Program-made: the position numbers and the translations under genes
Part shown: one piece after another, positions 13,176-28,317 of the stretch
Position numbering within the stretch: the stretch's first letter is position 1
Layout: each line of letters begins with the position of its first letter
The notes under the pieces: model-generated
What the model saw: only the letters and a program-made list of their open reading frames with translations
Databases searched by the model: none
What the model was told of the DNA's origin: nothing
Assembly (NCBI RefSeq): GCF_009914755.1
Contig: NC_060931.1
DNA: 64,000 nt
Source: the human T2T-CHM13v2.0 reference genome, Homo sapiens
Direction: 5' to 3' (one strand)

Positions 13176-15074
13176 GATAGATACACAGTTCAATTAAACA
13201 GATTAGAGTCCAGAAATAGACTCACATAAATATAACCAACTGACTTGTTGCAAAGATGCAAAGTAATTTTACAGAGGAAAGGCAGTCTTTCCAACAAATG
13301 GTGCTGGGAAGACGGGACATGCATATGAAAAATAAATGCCCACCCATAGAAATACTAATTAAAAATTATAGACTCACATGTAAATTTAATCTATGAAAAT
13401 TTCTTTAAAAAATTGGGAAAATATTTGTGTGACATTGAGACTTAGATACAACATCAAAAGCAATATTCGTAAAAGGAAAGAATCAGTAAAATGGACTTTG
13501 TTATAATTTTAAAACTGTTGAAAGAATACAAAGACAGCCATAGGCTGGTAAAGAGTATTTGCAAATTACATTTCTGACAAAGGACTTGTATCTAGACATG
13601 TAATGAGCTCTTAAATCCTAACAGTAAGAAAATGACCAACCCAGTCAACAATGAGGAAACAGATCTAAACAGAAACTTAACTACAGATGTGTGGATGCAA
13701 AACAAACACATGCAAAGATTCTCAATATCATTAGTCATTATGGAAATGCAAAAACTCCAACCACAATGAAATACCACTCTATGAGTATTATTAGAATAGC
13801 TAAAGAACAACAAAGCAACAAGCTGACCACACAAAGTTCAAGCAAGGTCACAGAGCAACTGGATTTCTTTACTTGTGGTAATGCAAAATGTTTCATCTCC
13901 CATGGGAAAGTGAGAACTTTCTGATAATGTTAAACATGTATCTCCCACATGGTCCAGGCATCTCGTCCCTGGGTATTTACTCAAGAGAAATGAAAAGGTG
14001 TGCTCACATAAAAACCTGTACAGGAACATTTATAGCAGGTTCATTTGTAAGCATCAAAAGCTGGAAACTACTTAGGTAACTTTCAACTGGTAAATTGATA
14101 AATAAGTGTGGTATATCCGTACAATTGAGTACTACTCACTGATAAAAAGAAAGGAAGTATTGATCTATGCAACAATGTGAATAAATCTTAAATGCATTTT
14201 GCTACGTCAAAGAAGCCAAAACTCAAGGGACTAATACCAAATAATGCCACTTATAAGACATTCTGTAACAGGCATACTTACAGAGGTACAGATCAAGTTA
14301 GTAGCTGCCAGAGGTTAGAATTAGGTGGGAGGGGCTGATTGCAAAAGGATACCACAAAGGAATTTCTGGGGTGATGAAATCATTCTGTATTAAAATCTTG
14401 GTAGTTAATACGTGATTTTATCCATTTGTCAAAATATACGAAATTGTACAACATGAGGGTGAGTTTTAATCTATGTAACTTAAAGTGCAGACACAAGATA
14501 TTTGGGGAACTCAAATGGAATACGAATTGTAACAAATGAAACTAACTCTATTATAGATGAGTATCACAACCACACAACATGTGGGACAGGAACAAACCAG
14601 TTACTTTAAAAGCATTACTTTGACTTGATACTATAAGCCCAAAGGCAAAAAGAATAGAGCAAAATGTTAAACTCTAGTAAATTTATTTCTAATAAGGTTA
14701 TATGTTAGCAATTCTGAAGCTACTTTATATGTATATATTTAGGGTTGAATACATTAGTAAATGCATTGTAGATAATGAGAACTGAGTTTTTCATTGTGTA
14801 AGAGAAAGAATCTACATATAAAGAGGGAAGGCTAGAATAAACCCTGGGGTGTTGGAGGGAGCTTGGTGGTATCCGTGTGAACTCATGTTTTAAAAAGCAT
14901 GTGGGCATTACAAATATATACATATATATGCAGAGATGGGTACAAAAATAAATATAAATGTGTGTGTATAGTTGTTATGCATACACATATTTTTGAGTTC
15001 TGTCCCTGGAGAGGGCTTAGAAACAATGACACCCCACAACAATGAATGTACCTCTTACTCAGATCTTGTATTTT

Positions 15075-15734
15075 GGGGGGAATGGGTTCAGGTTTATTTA
15101 GGTATAATTTGTATAGAGTAAAATATACCCATTTTAGTGTACAGTTTTATGATACTCAACCATGTCTACAATTCCGTCAGCACCATGATAATCAAGAGAA
15201 AGAATAGTTTCACCACCTCAAAATATACCCTTGTGCTCTTTTGTTACCAATCCCCTCCCCTCACTTCCAAAACTAAGTGAGGCCAGTATGGGGGCAATTG
15301 GAAGCCTCATACAGGGCTGGTGGAAATGTGAAACGGAGCAGCTACTTTGGAAAACAGTTTGTCAGTTTCTTGTAAAGTTAGACATTCCTTTACCATAGAC
15401 CCAGTAATTCTATTCCTGAGTATTTACTCAAGAGAACTACAGACTGTGCACACACCAGGCCTGTATGCAACTGTTTACAGCAACTTTATTCATAGTCATT
15501 CCAAATGAAACAACTGAAGTCTTCACCTACAGGTGAGCGGATGAACAAATTGTTACTTTCATGCAGTGGAACACTACTCAGCTACAAAAAGAAATGAATT
15601 TCTGATGCATGAAGCAAAATGGATGAATCTCGGAAAAAATAGGCTAAGTGAAAAAAGCCACAATCAAAAAGCTATGAACTCTATTATTTCATTTATATAA
15701 TGTTCTGGAAAGAACAAAAGTACAGAGACAAAGA
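15075..15734 (-). mobile_element. Old L1 (L1MB/ME-type 3' end) with 5' inversion
   Basis: Antisense 3' end ~15075-15269, then sense segment ~15270-15738; TSD tcagatcttgtatttt (15059-15074) / tcagatcttacatttt (15735-15750) followed by aa. Confidence 0.75.
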
Positions 15735-18562
15735 TCAGATCTTACATTTTAAATATCATTTTCCAATAGAAGGAACTAGGGTACCTTGGGGAAGTGGTGG
15801 AGTTCAGAACTGGGGCAGAGAAAATTCAAGATAAGCATGAAGTATCTTGTGGTGTCAGATAATCAGTAAGAAAAGGCAAAACAGAAACAAACCAAAAAAT
15901 TAGAACACTCAATTATATTTGTTGCAAGCAGGATCCACCCTTAATGCTAAAATTGGTGAGCAAAAGTTCAAGGAGAAATAAGAGATTTGCATATTCTAAA
16001 AGATCTCCCCCAGGTTATTTATTAATTACTTAAGGAAAGATAATAACTTTCCAGTGGAGAAACCTGGCAGATAGCACCTTAACCAAGGGATCAAGGTAAA
16101 ACTCGTCAGTACTAAGATACATCCACATCTTATACCTCCTGATACAATGCACATGGATTCTATGTTATTCTGGCCAAAACCACATAAATAAATCTGGTCA
16201 GGAGATAACATCAGACAACCCCAAACTAAGGGACGTTCGGCAAAATAACTGACCAGGACTCTTCAAAAGTATCTAGGTCATGGAAGACTGAGGAACTATC
16301 AGAGATCAGAGGAGATGAAGAAGACGTGATTACTAAATGTAATGTAGGCCCTGGGGGTTGGATTCCAGAACAGAAAAAGAACATTAGTGAAACAGCTGGG
16401 AAAATCCAAATAAATTCTTTAGTTAGTACTGTTGGAGCAACATTAATTTCTTGGCTTTGATAACTGCTGTGATTGTACAAGATGTCAATGGTAGAGAAGA
16501 TACATGAATGATATGTATGAATTATCTCCTATATTTGTAACATTTTTACAAATATAATTAATTTGTTTACCCCAATGCCAGTTGGGGTAATGTCTAAAGT
16601 TATTTCAAAGAGTTAAAAAACACAGGTGCTTGGAGGAGTACAGAGAAGAGTATATATAAGAAGACAAGCATAAAATTGGTTATAATTTAAAGAAATAGCA
16701 AGCAAAAGAAGGTGTGTTTATGGAAACAATGAATGTTCAGAGAAGTAAGCTGAGAATCAAAAAAAGAGAACAGTGTCTTGCAAACCAAGAAAGCAGCATT
16801 GCTCATATTGTGTTCCTGTAGAGTATTCTCATGATATAACTCCTTCAAATAGAGAAATGATTCCATGGTTATTCAATCTTCTTGAAATCAGCAATACATA
16901 AAGTACAATGCCTGTAAATAGTTTGAGAAAGGCTTCTCTACTGACCTTTTTTTTAAAAACAAATCGAATGGTTCCCAGAATTATTTAGCTATGAGTCCTT
17001 TCTTTTGTTTTTAAATAGCCTCTTGATATCAACTTTATGAAAGCAGCATAAAGTTGGTGCCAGGTACACAAACACAATTCACAGCACATACTTGGCATTT
17101 ATTTATTAAACAAGTATTTATTGTACACCTATTAACATCCTTGGACTTTGGGATCTGAAGAACGTACTTGGGCAAAGCTCTAACACACACAGTGATGGGA
17201 TAAGTATTGTGATTGGCGAGAGGATTGGCCCTGGGGAAAATAGGAGTAAATAACCCTGAGCATATGGGGGTTGAAAAATGAGGAGTAATTTCACTGTGGG
17301 CTGCTGGTAAGAAGAATGGAGAGAGGATCTGGATTGGGAGTTAGTCCAGAAGGAAATGTTACAGTGGCCAGAACGTGTTTTTTATCCTGATTAATTCTAC
17401 CTTCTGGTCCTCCAAGTTCCCATTTGGATTATAACACAAACATGTGGGCCTTCAATAAGAATGTTTTCTCATGGGATGGATCACAACCTGGTGTCTCCTT
17501 GTAACTTTCTGTTTGGAGAAAATCAATAAATATCATTTCAAACTGCTAAAGAATGAATTTTTTAAAAAAATGGATGTGTTTGTCATGATAAATTTCCCTG
17601 ACATATTTATTATAACTACTTCTTGAAACATTTGTCAGGGAGGCATTGATGAGGACTGGACCGTTTTAGTCACTTAGGTGTATTCTCTAAATTGTTTTAG
17701 AAGAGAGAGTTTTTAATGCAGATTAATGAATTATCTATGCACGTCACGATAATGAAGCATAAAGATGACTTCTGGGCCCCTTTCTCACCTTGCCTGTGCA
17801 GGCTGAGCTCTTCCACCAGCTCTGGACTGACTTCCTATTGCCTTCGTTTCACAGTTTCAGTCGGAGATGAGAAATAGCCCTGAAATTTGCTTCAATTCTT
17901 CACTAATCCGAGATCAAAATTCCCCAGGACTGCAAGGGAAGTTGTTACGCAGAGCAGTTGCAGCATTGGGCAGTAATATGTGATTAGCAATAGAAGATAT
18001 TCTTGTGAGAGCTGCACTAACTTGCTTTTTATCTGACTGGGCCCCGTAAGGAACAGCTGGTTGTGGTTCTTCTGTAGGAACAGGCACACTACTTACACTC
18101 TGTTCTCTTCTTTCCAGATCGGTCCATGTGAGAGATGTCAGGCATAGGAGAATAGTTTTCCCTGTGAAAGCTTTTCTGCTCATCTTAGGAGAGAGGGAAG
18201 GTAGATTGGCTCCCCCTTATTCTGCTGTCCTCATAGGAGTCACCCTTTATATTGATGAGATGCATGGTGATTGGTGATGAGAAACAATTTGAGGGTACCG
18301 TGAAAGATTGATAGCAGGGTTAGATTAACCACTCCTATGAACTTGCCTCAGAATCACAGTGTATCATTCCTTTATATAGAAAAAGATGACACTTGATGAA
18401 AATAAGCAAATTCAGTCATCTTAAAGATATTTGAATGTTAGCTTAATTTATGAGATGTTGTTACTGTTTTAAATCAAGTCATAAAGCAGTGATTATTAAC
18501 TATTTTAAATTTATAAACTTCTATCATAATCTGATAAAAGTTTTGGCCCTTTCCCCCAGAGA

Positions 18563-18564
<2 letters not shown>

Positions 18565-18600
<36 letters not shown>
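18565..18600. repeat. (CA)n microsatellite
   Basis: ~18 CA units. Confidence 0.97.
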
Positions 18601-18602
<2 letters not shown>

Positions 18603-18651
18603 CTGACATTTAATATTGACTATTCAATCTACAAGGAACAATCAGGATCAC

Positions 18652-19170
18652 TGTGGTAGACACCATGGTTTTCTCTTCAACGTCTGTGCACTCATTTATG
18701 GGCATCATGCTGTTTGGGAGGGTTTAACCCCAGCCCCATCTTTTGGGGAGACCATGATTCCTCTCAGTCGATAATATCCTAATCACACCAAAGGGATCAG
18801 GTCTAGTTAAGCCAATCAGTCCTTGACAATCCCAATGTTATGGTTTAGGCATAGCCCAAAGATCTTAGATGACAGGACTTTTCCTCTCATCCTTCTGCTC
18901 TCTCTCCTTCTGTATATTGTGGTGGGCAGGTGGGAAGCCTAGAATAACAGAATCCATTTAGTTCCCATGAAGGAAGCGAACCGTGGCACTGTGAAGACAA
19001 AGCTGTCAACTAGAGGCAGGCAGAACCAAGAGCATCACAGAGAAAGAGAGCAGCGGCCTTGAACAAAACATGAAGGAATGCACTGGTGGGGTGAGACTTA
19101 AGCAGTTATGTGAGCTCAAACCCCCTTAGCGTGTGGGCCCTTTCTGTGTAGGTTGTGTTTTCTATTCTTT
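18652..19170 (+). mobile_element. Old MLT1-type MaLR LTR
   Basis: tgtggtagac start, ccaatcag motif and cagttatgtgagc...ggttgtgttttct end resemble old MLT1. Confidence 0.55.
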
Positions 19171-19761
19171 TCAACAAAATAGTTCTAAATGATAGTTTTT
19201 CAGTGCTGGCTTTTCAAGTACAGATGTGCTGGAGAAGGAGTGAGGAAAGAAGGGTAAGAAAAAAAGTGTTAATATCTCTCTAGCATGCTGTCCTGCCTGT
19301 ATAAAAATGGAGCTGTTTATGTGTACCATTAGTGGTGTGAGTGTTTTCTCAAGAATGGAGATAGATTCACCTCTTGCCCTGTGCATCTCTCCGCTCTGTG
19401 TTGTTACTAGTCTTACTCTATGGTTACCCAGGTTCCAGTCAAGGTCCATAGACATGGAACAGAGGAAAACCAACTGGACAAGAGAGCTGAGACCACTGCA
19501 GCCTGGGATTTTTAACGCCATGTGCGATACTTGTATAGACCACCACTCTGCTGCCTGGCTCTGAGGTAGTTGCTGAAATGCGGAATGTGGCCTGCAGGTG
19601 ATGTGCTGAGAGTTAAGGGATGGTTTATCTTTACTTTGTGAAATTAAACTTCGCTGAACAAGGAGAAGCAGGGAAACTGACGAGACCTTTACAAAGCCAG
19701 TGTAAAGTGTAGTATGCAGAGCATATTAGACATGTCCACAGACACAAAGCAAGAAATAGTG

Positions 19762-20116
19762 TGTATTAGTCTGTTCTCACGCTGCTATGAAGAAATACCC
19801 GAAACTGAGCAATTTATAAAGAAAAGAAGTTTAATTGACTCACAGTTCCACATGGCTGGGGAGGTCCCAGGAAACTTACAATCATGGCGGAAGACACCTC
19901 TTCCCTGGGCAGCAGGAGACAGAATGAGAGCAAGTAGGGGAAATGTCAGACACTTACAAACATCAGATCTCATGAGCCTCACTCATTATCACAAGAACAG
20001 CCTGGGGGGAACCACACCCATAATTCAATTACCTCCACCTGGTCTCACCCTTGACACAATTATGGGGATTACAACTCAACGTGAGATTTGGGTGGGGACA
20101 GAGCCAAAGCATATCA
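19762..20116 (-). mobile_element. THE1 MaLR solo LTR
   Basis: tgtattagtctgttctcacgctgct...gccaaagcatatca; TSD tagtg/cagtg. Confidence 0.93.
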
Positions 20117-20289
20117 CAGTGTAAATGTACATTCAGGTGTTTCTGACTGATAAGCTTTTTCTTTTCTTTGGGCATGTCATAAAATCTATATTAGATGTAA
20201 AGATATGGAAGTTGAAAAATGTTTGTCACCTTTTACTACCCAAACCCTTTTAAAATGACAATAAAAACTTACATGTGCTGATGATCAGA

Positions 20290-20590
20290 GAGTAATTCAT
20301 ACAGTTATTTTGAAAACTGTCACTATTGACTAAAACTGAGTATGTCCATACCCTACCTTCCAGTAATTTCACTGCCAACTGCACACATAAGCACCAAGAG
20401 AAGTGGATAGAATATTCACAGCAACATTGTTATAGGAGCCCCAAGTTGGAAACAATGTTGATGTTAATCGAAGTAGACTGGACAAATGTACTGTAGTATT
20501 TTTCATACATTAGAATACTGCATAGCTACATGTGGCAACATGGAGGAATCTCATAGTCATATTTACAAAGGGAAAGAATCCATAATGTGT
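20290..20590 (+). mobile_element. Old L1 (L1ME-like) fragment
   Basis: Degenerate ORF2-end/3'UTR motifs (agaatattcacagcaacattgtt...ttggaaacaa). Confidence 0.55.
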
Positions 20591-21879
20591 GTGTTAGCCC
20601 CTAATGCTATACCTGGAACACAGTAGTTACCCTATACATGTTGGTTTGCCATTTAGCTTGGAATTTAAAACAATATAAGATAATACAATTAGTGCTCAGT
20701 AAGTAAATTAAATGGAGTTTTCCATTTCTTGTTGTACATCTAATGTGGCATTTAAAATTAAAGTTCATCAACAAACATAATAAATGTGCAAGCAGCATTT
20801 TGCAAAGAACATTGCCCTCATGTAATCTATCCTGTTCTGCAAACCCTAATTCGTCAATCTGAAAACAGAAATATGTATTTGCTGTGCTTAGCATAAATTT
20901 AATTGTAGAAGATGGAGTTCTTGAATTCGGAATCACATGATAGTTAAAATGATAAAGAATATTATTTTTTAACTTTTAGTTTATTCAGCCTTGTCCATTA
21001 ACATTTAGTTAGCATTATGCCTAGAATAATTTATATCATTGCAAAGAATTAAATTGTTTGAAAGGTAGACATTTGATAGTCCTGAATGTTTTAGTTCTTC
21101 TTGTTTTAGAAGAATAAGTTTTGGATGACATAGTGTGATCAAATGGCTTAATTTCAGGTGAAGATATGCCTTATGACTTTCATTTTAAATCTTAAACACC
21201 TGCAGAGTTAAATTGCAGTGAAGCTCATAAAAATCGCCATCTGTAATTGATGGAACATTGGATTTTTAATGATATGCTGTAGGAGTCTGAAAAGATCTAG
21301 TGGTCCATTATTAATAGACCTCCCAAAAAAAGACTGGTGGGTTTTCTTCTTCATAAAGCTGAATTTTATGGGCAACAGACAGGTAGGGAATGGTATAAAG
21401 TGGATACAAATTTTTTCTTATTTGTAATATTTGAATAACACAATTTAAAGTAAGCTGTTACAATATCAGACCAAAATTGAAGACTGAATAAGCATCCTTA
21501 ATTATTGCAAAATAACCTCTTTTGTAGCATTTAGCTAATTCCCAATTAACCAGGTTGCTGGGGCGAGAATGCAGTTATAACTACATTCAGTTTACAGGTA
21601 ATGCATAAATGCAGCTAACAAATCCACAGTAATCAATAGTAGATTATAGGGTTTTCTTGTCATCCCTGTTGTTACTGTTTTTCTGTTTGTTTGTTTTTGA
21701 TCTGTTGGTGATGCTTGGTTGGGAACTGGAATGAACTTAGATCCTCAGGAGGGACACTTAGTAACGAGGAAAGAGCTGGTTATCATGGACTGCCACAAAC
21801 CCCCGTGTCTCACTACTTCTGTTTCTGCACGTTCTGCTCTGCTCCCTTTTGGTGTCCATTCTAGTGTAACCAGCATGTT

Positions 21880-22010
21880 ATTTTGTCTATCGCTAGACTG
21901 TAAGCTCCATGAGGGCAGGGCTGTTTGTGTTGTTCACTGATACATCACAATTGTCCAGAACAGGGTCTGGCACAAGGGGATCCAATACACATTTGTTGAC
22001 TGAATCAATT
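21880..22010 (+). mobile_element. L2 3' end
   Basis: ctagactgtaagctccatgagggcaggg...tctggcaca...atttgttgactgaat. Confidence 0.85.
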
Positions 22011-22241
22011 ATACACAATTTTAGTATTTTATAGGGGTAATCTCATCCCCTAGCTCTTACCTTTTCTATTTGTTGATCTTTTTCAAGCATTTTCTAGGTC
22101 TACTCCATTTTTCATTTTTCCGAATTTACTATGCTATATTTTTTAAAATTTGTAAAATATTTCCTCTTTAATTTTATGATGGTAGTGCCCCACAAATCAA
22201 TTTTGAGTTCCCTCATTGGGAAATGGGTACTATATATATAC

Positions 22242-22463
22242 TTTTTTTTCTGAGACAGTGTCTTGCTCTGTTGCCCAGGCTGGGCTGGAGTGCAGTGATG
22301 CCACCTAAGGTCACTGTACCTTTGAATCCTGGTCTCAACCAATTGTAATCCTTCCACTTCAGCCTCCCTAGTACCTGGGACTACTGGTGTGTGTGCTACC
22401 AAGCCTAGCTAAGTTTTCCTTTTTTCGTTTTTAGAGATGGGCTCCTGCTATGTTGCCCAGCCT
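22242..22463 (-). mobile_element. Truncated Alu (AluJ-like)
   Basis: Diverged reverse Alu: right arm plus part of left arm. Confidence 0.85.
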
Positions 22464-23048
22464 GTCTTTTTATTTTTAAAACTGTTTTTTTTTTTTCTAT
22501 CTTCAGTCGAATAGTAGAACCTGAATATTTTCTTCTAATGGAAATAAATAACAAATGTATAGGAGCCAAGTGTTTAAATATTTGTTATTTCAAATGTAAT
22601 AGTTTATCTACTGCTTATGTTTGCTAAGACCGACATATTTTATCTGCTGGATACATTTGCTAGGACAGCATTGTCTTTTGTGCATTTATTTTATAATTGG
22701 CCATGTACTGAGCTGACTTAGACCATGACTAATAGGTTTTCAGATGGTTCTTTTGAGAGTTCTTGCTAGTCATTTACATCATTTTTATTTCTCTTTTACA
22801 ATATTTATATTTCAATCTGCTTATATATTAACCCTTCTGTTGGTGGTTTTAATGACATCTGACATCTGACTAGAAATACTAGTTAAAACATTAATGTAAG
22901 TAAATGAGGGATTGCATATCAAATATGACCACGTGGAAGCATGCAAATAACATAAATTCACAAAACAATACTTCAGGTGACAAGAACACTATAAAAATGT
23001 TCACATCCCTAGTAATTAAAATAATATACATTAAAATGGTATACTACT

Positions 23049-23409
<361 letters not shown>

Positions 23410-23507
23410 CTAATATTCTGGTCAGCATAAGAAACAAAGTCTCACTACTGGTCAGGGAAGTAAAAAAATGGCAAACATTCTAGAAATGAATTTAGCACTT
23501 TATGTAA

Positions 23508-23840
<333 letters not shown>

Positions 23841-24069
23841 ACGGAAGATTTCCATTTTAAGAAATGTGTCTTGAAAAAAGTAATTTGGTAAATATTAAAA
23901 TGCTTGTAAACAGATATTTATCATAATAAGAAAAAAAGGCAGCAGTATAATATCTAAACCCTAACAGTCGTTCTCCAGAGATGCTGTTCTTTGTACCTGC
24001 AATGTGGTTAAGAAAAGCATTTTATTTTTCTTTAATAATTATACATTAACATGTAAAAATCCCATCAGA

Positions 24070-24375
24070 GTCCCAGCACAGTGGCTTATGCCTAGCTGTA
24101 ATCCCAGCACTTTGGTAGGCCAAGCAGGGAGGATTTCTTGAGGCCAGGAATTGAAGACCAGTCTGGGCAACATAGCGAGATCCCTGCCTCTACAAAAATA
24201 AAAAATAAAATTGTAGCCATGTGTGGTGGTACGCCCCTCTAGTCTAGCTACTTGGGAGGCTAAGGTGGGAGAATTGATTGAGTCCAGGAGGTTAAGGCTG
24301 TAGTGAGTCATGACTTCAGTCTCGGTGAGAACTTGTCTCTAAAACAATAAAAATAAAATAAGAAAAAAAGAAAAG
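24070..24375 (+). mobile_element. Alu (AluJ-like, partly deleted)
   Basis: Diverged Alu with (A4T)n tail. Confidence 0.88.
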
Positions 24376-25039
24376 CTGGTTTACTGTGGTTTATGTAGGC
24401 ATTGATTTTAATAGTGATTTACAATTTCTTTTTTTTTTTTTCCTGTTGTGTCTATCTTTCTGGAAGGATCTTAACTGAAAGGGTATTTCTTACGGGAACC
24501 TCTAGTGGACACCTTAGAAGGTAGAGCAGTTGAAGGAGAAATATATTATTCACACATTAATGGTTCGGGACTGGTCCTCATCAGACTGGCTAGACTCAAG
24601 GCAATAAATCATCTCTACCTTCATCAGATTTTCTTTTATAAAAGGAAAGAGAAATTCTAAGTTCTTCAAGACATGGAGAATATTTTCATAATATTCTAGG
24701 TTATTTTGTAGACATTAAATCTGAAAACCTCAATATAGTCAATGACTGTATTAAAGCTTGTAGACTGGTTTGGGAAAAAAAGATTTCTTTCTACATTTTG
24801 GGACACATCCAGCCATGTGCCAGAAAAGTCCCCAGAAGAATTTGTTTGAATCTGGAGGCACAGATCCACTGGCCTTCTGTAGCATTTGGTAAACTGTAGT
24901 CTGCTGCTGCCAACTGAATGACCTGTTCAAAATTAAGTCGTCTGTAGACTTTCTGAACAGTTACTCATACGTGCAAAAGTTTCACTGAAGAAAGAGTTAG
25001 ATAAAAAGAATTCGATTAGCTCAGTGGCTCAAAAACTTA

Positions 25040-25860
<821 letters not shown>

Positions 25861-26382
25861 AGAAGAAACATAATTTGTAATGTCCCCTTTATTATCCTTA
25901 AATAAAATTGATGGATAATAAAGCTACCTACATATATAATTTTCAAGAATCAATGTAATTGTCTATCTACAATATGACAGATACATAAAAATATATCAGT
26001 ATTTATTCATTATGAAAATGACTTTGCACAACCATACCTGAATACCTAATGAGGTAGTCAGATGTTTTTATCTACCTATGGCAAATAACACTGGATTTAT
26101 GAGAAATAAGACAATCAGAAGCTATTCTTAAGCAAGAAGCACTTGAATATAAAATGTACAGGCACAGCTGGATGCTAGACTACAAAGTAATGGTATAATG
26201 AATAATAAGTGAGAAGCTTTTGTATTGATGAGAGAAAGAAGAAAATCACCTTAATTAACAGAGATATCACACCTTAGAAAATTATAAAGTTTTGAAGTAG
26301 AAATAATGAGGAAGTGTTTTCATACTGGAACTGGGACTTTTACCACTGTATTGTCAACATAATTGCCTTTGTTATGACATGG

Positions 26383-26960
26383 AATGAGGTAGTGGCAACT
26401 ATCATTAAGGATGTTTACTTTTAAAAGGACGGGTGTACATTCATTTCTCTATAACTTAGGGAAGATCTTAGAGACAATATATAATCTTCTTCAAAGGTCA
26501 GCTGGATCTATGGTAAAATACAGGAGTATCTAGAGAATTTGGGTTGACCTCTAGGGATATTATCTGAGTCGGATGGAAAAAATTAGTTAACTACAAAATG
26601 AATAAATAATTTAAGTAACTAATTTTTATGAACTAAAAATAAGTTAACTACAAAATGAATAATTTCAGTAACTAACTTTTATAAATTTCAGTAACTATTT
26701 TTTATAAAATAAATGAGGTAATAAAAACTATGACTGAAAATATGTTTGCTCTTAAAAGTCCGGGTGTGCTTTCAGTTCTCTACAACTTTAAAAGATCTTG
26801 GAGACAATATATAATCTTCAAAGGTCAACTGAAGCTATGTTAAAATATAGGAGCATCTAGAGAATTTGTGTTGACCTCTAGGGATATTATCCAAGTAGGA
26901 TGGGAAAAATAACTACTAAATGAACAAATAATTTCAGTAACTAATTTTTATAAAATAAAT
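26383..26960. repeat. Diverged head-to-tail tandem duplication (units 26383-26711 and 26712-26960)
   Basis: Both units run aatgaggta...aagatctt(a/g)gagacaatatataatcttc...tctagagaatttg(g/t)gttgacctctagggatattatc...tttataaaataaat. Confidence 0.9.
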
Positions 26961-27963
26961 TTCTGTCATTGTGCTATATAATTATTAAAAAGTATAAACT
27001 GGCAATTATATGACATGTTTTTAAAAGCATCTTTATTATTGAATTCAATAAGATCCCCGAGTTTCCTGTGGCTCCATTAGTTTAATTGTATTTGGCTTTA
27101 AGTCTCCTAAGAGAAGACTTCATAAGGTTTGCTGAAAACTTCAGTAAACATTAGGTTAGCAAATATTGAATGCCTAAAGCTTGCTCTTTCTGTTGTAAAA
27201 TGTTTCCGTTGATACTGACATTAGTCCTTCCTCATAATCGTGATTTGATGATATACATGAAACAGCCGGAGAGGTATTCAGAAGAATGTAAAGTATGTGA
27301 ACAAAAGAATATTGAAAACATGATCTGTCGTGTCCATTTTTGTAAAAGACAGAAGAGTGACTTATTTCTCCTCATAGTGTTATAAAGCTCAGCTGTAATC
27401 ACTTAATTAGAGGAAGGCTTTTTGAAGGAAGATGGAGAAGGAAATGGCGGAAGAGTATTTTGGAATCTCAAAGAGCTTTCCTAACAAAGGTGTCTGGTGA
27501 ACAAATCCTTGAGTTCATTTCTACGGAGCAACTAGTCATTTTGGAAGACCCGAGGAGATAAAGAAAGGCCTCAAGAAATTGAAAAAGAGAAATCATGTGG
27601 TTTGACTTTTCATGATATAGTGGAATGCAGTTCTGTTCATTATTATAGACAATCTTTTATTCATCTTTGTGCCAAGTTAATTTGTTATAAAAGGCTCAGA
27701 AATATTTTGGGAAATTATATGTGTTTTGTTGCCGTGTATTTTTGTTGGGGTTTCATTGATACTCTTAACGTAGTATACTAATTAGAAGTTAGAAAAGACT
27801 GACTACGTCTATATCATGTTATTAGTGTTCCACCTGAGAGCGTTCCATGCAATGTCACTGACACTTTGTTTTATGGCAAAGGGACTTAATCTTATCGATA
27901 GATTTTTGCAGTGCAGTGCACAAATCCATACCTATTCACATCTCCAGGAAGCTCTGAGTTTGA

Positions 27964-28317
<354 letters not shown>

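Noticed and set aside
27400-27600. Possible processed-pseudogene fragment (purine-rich, coding-like)
   Set aside because: The frames I translated hit early stops, with no recognisable protein, poly(A) or TSD
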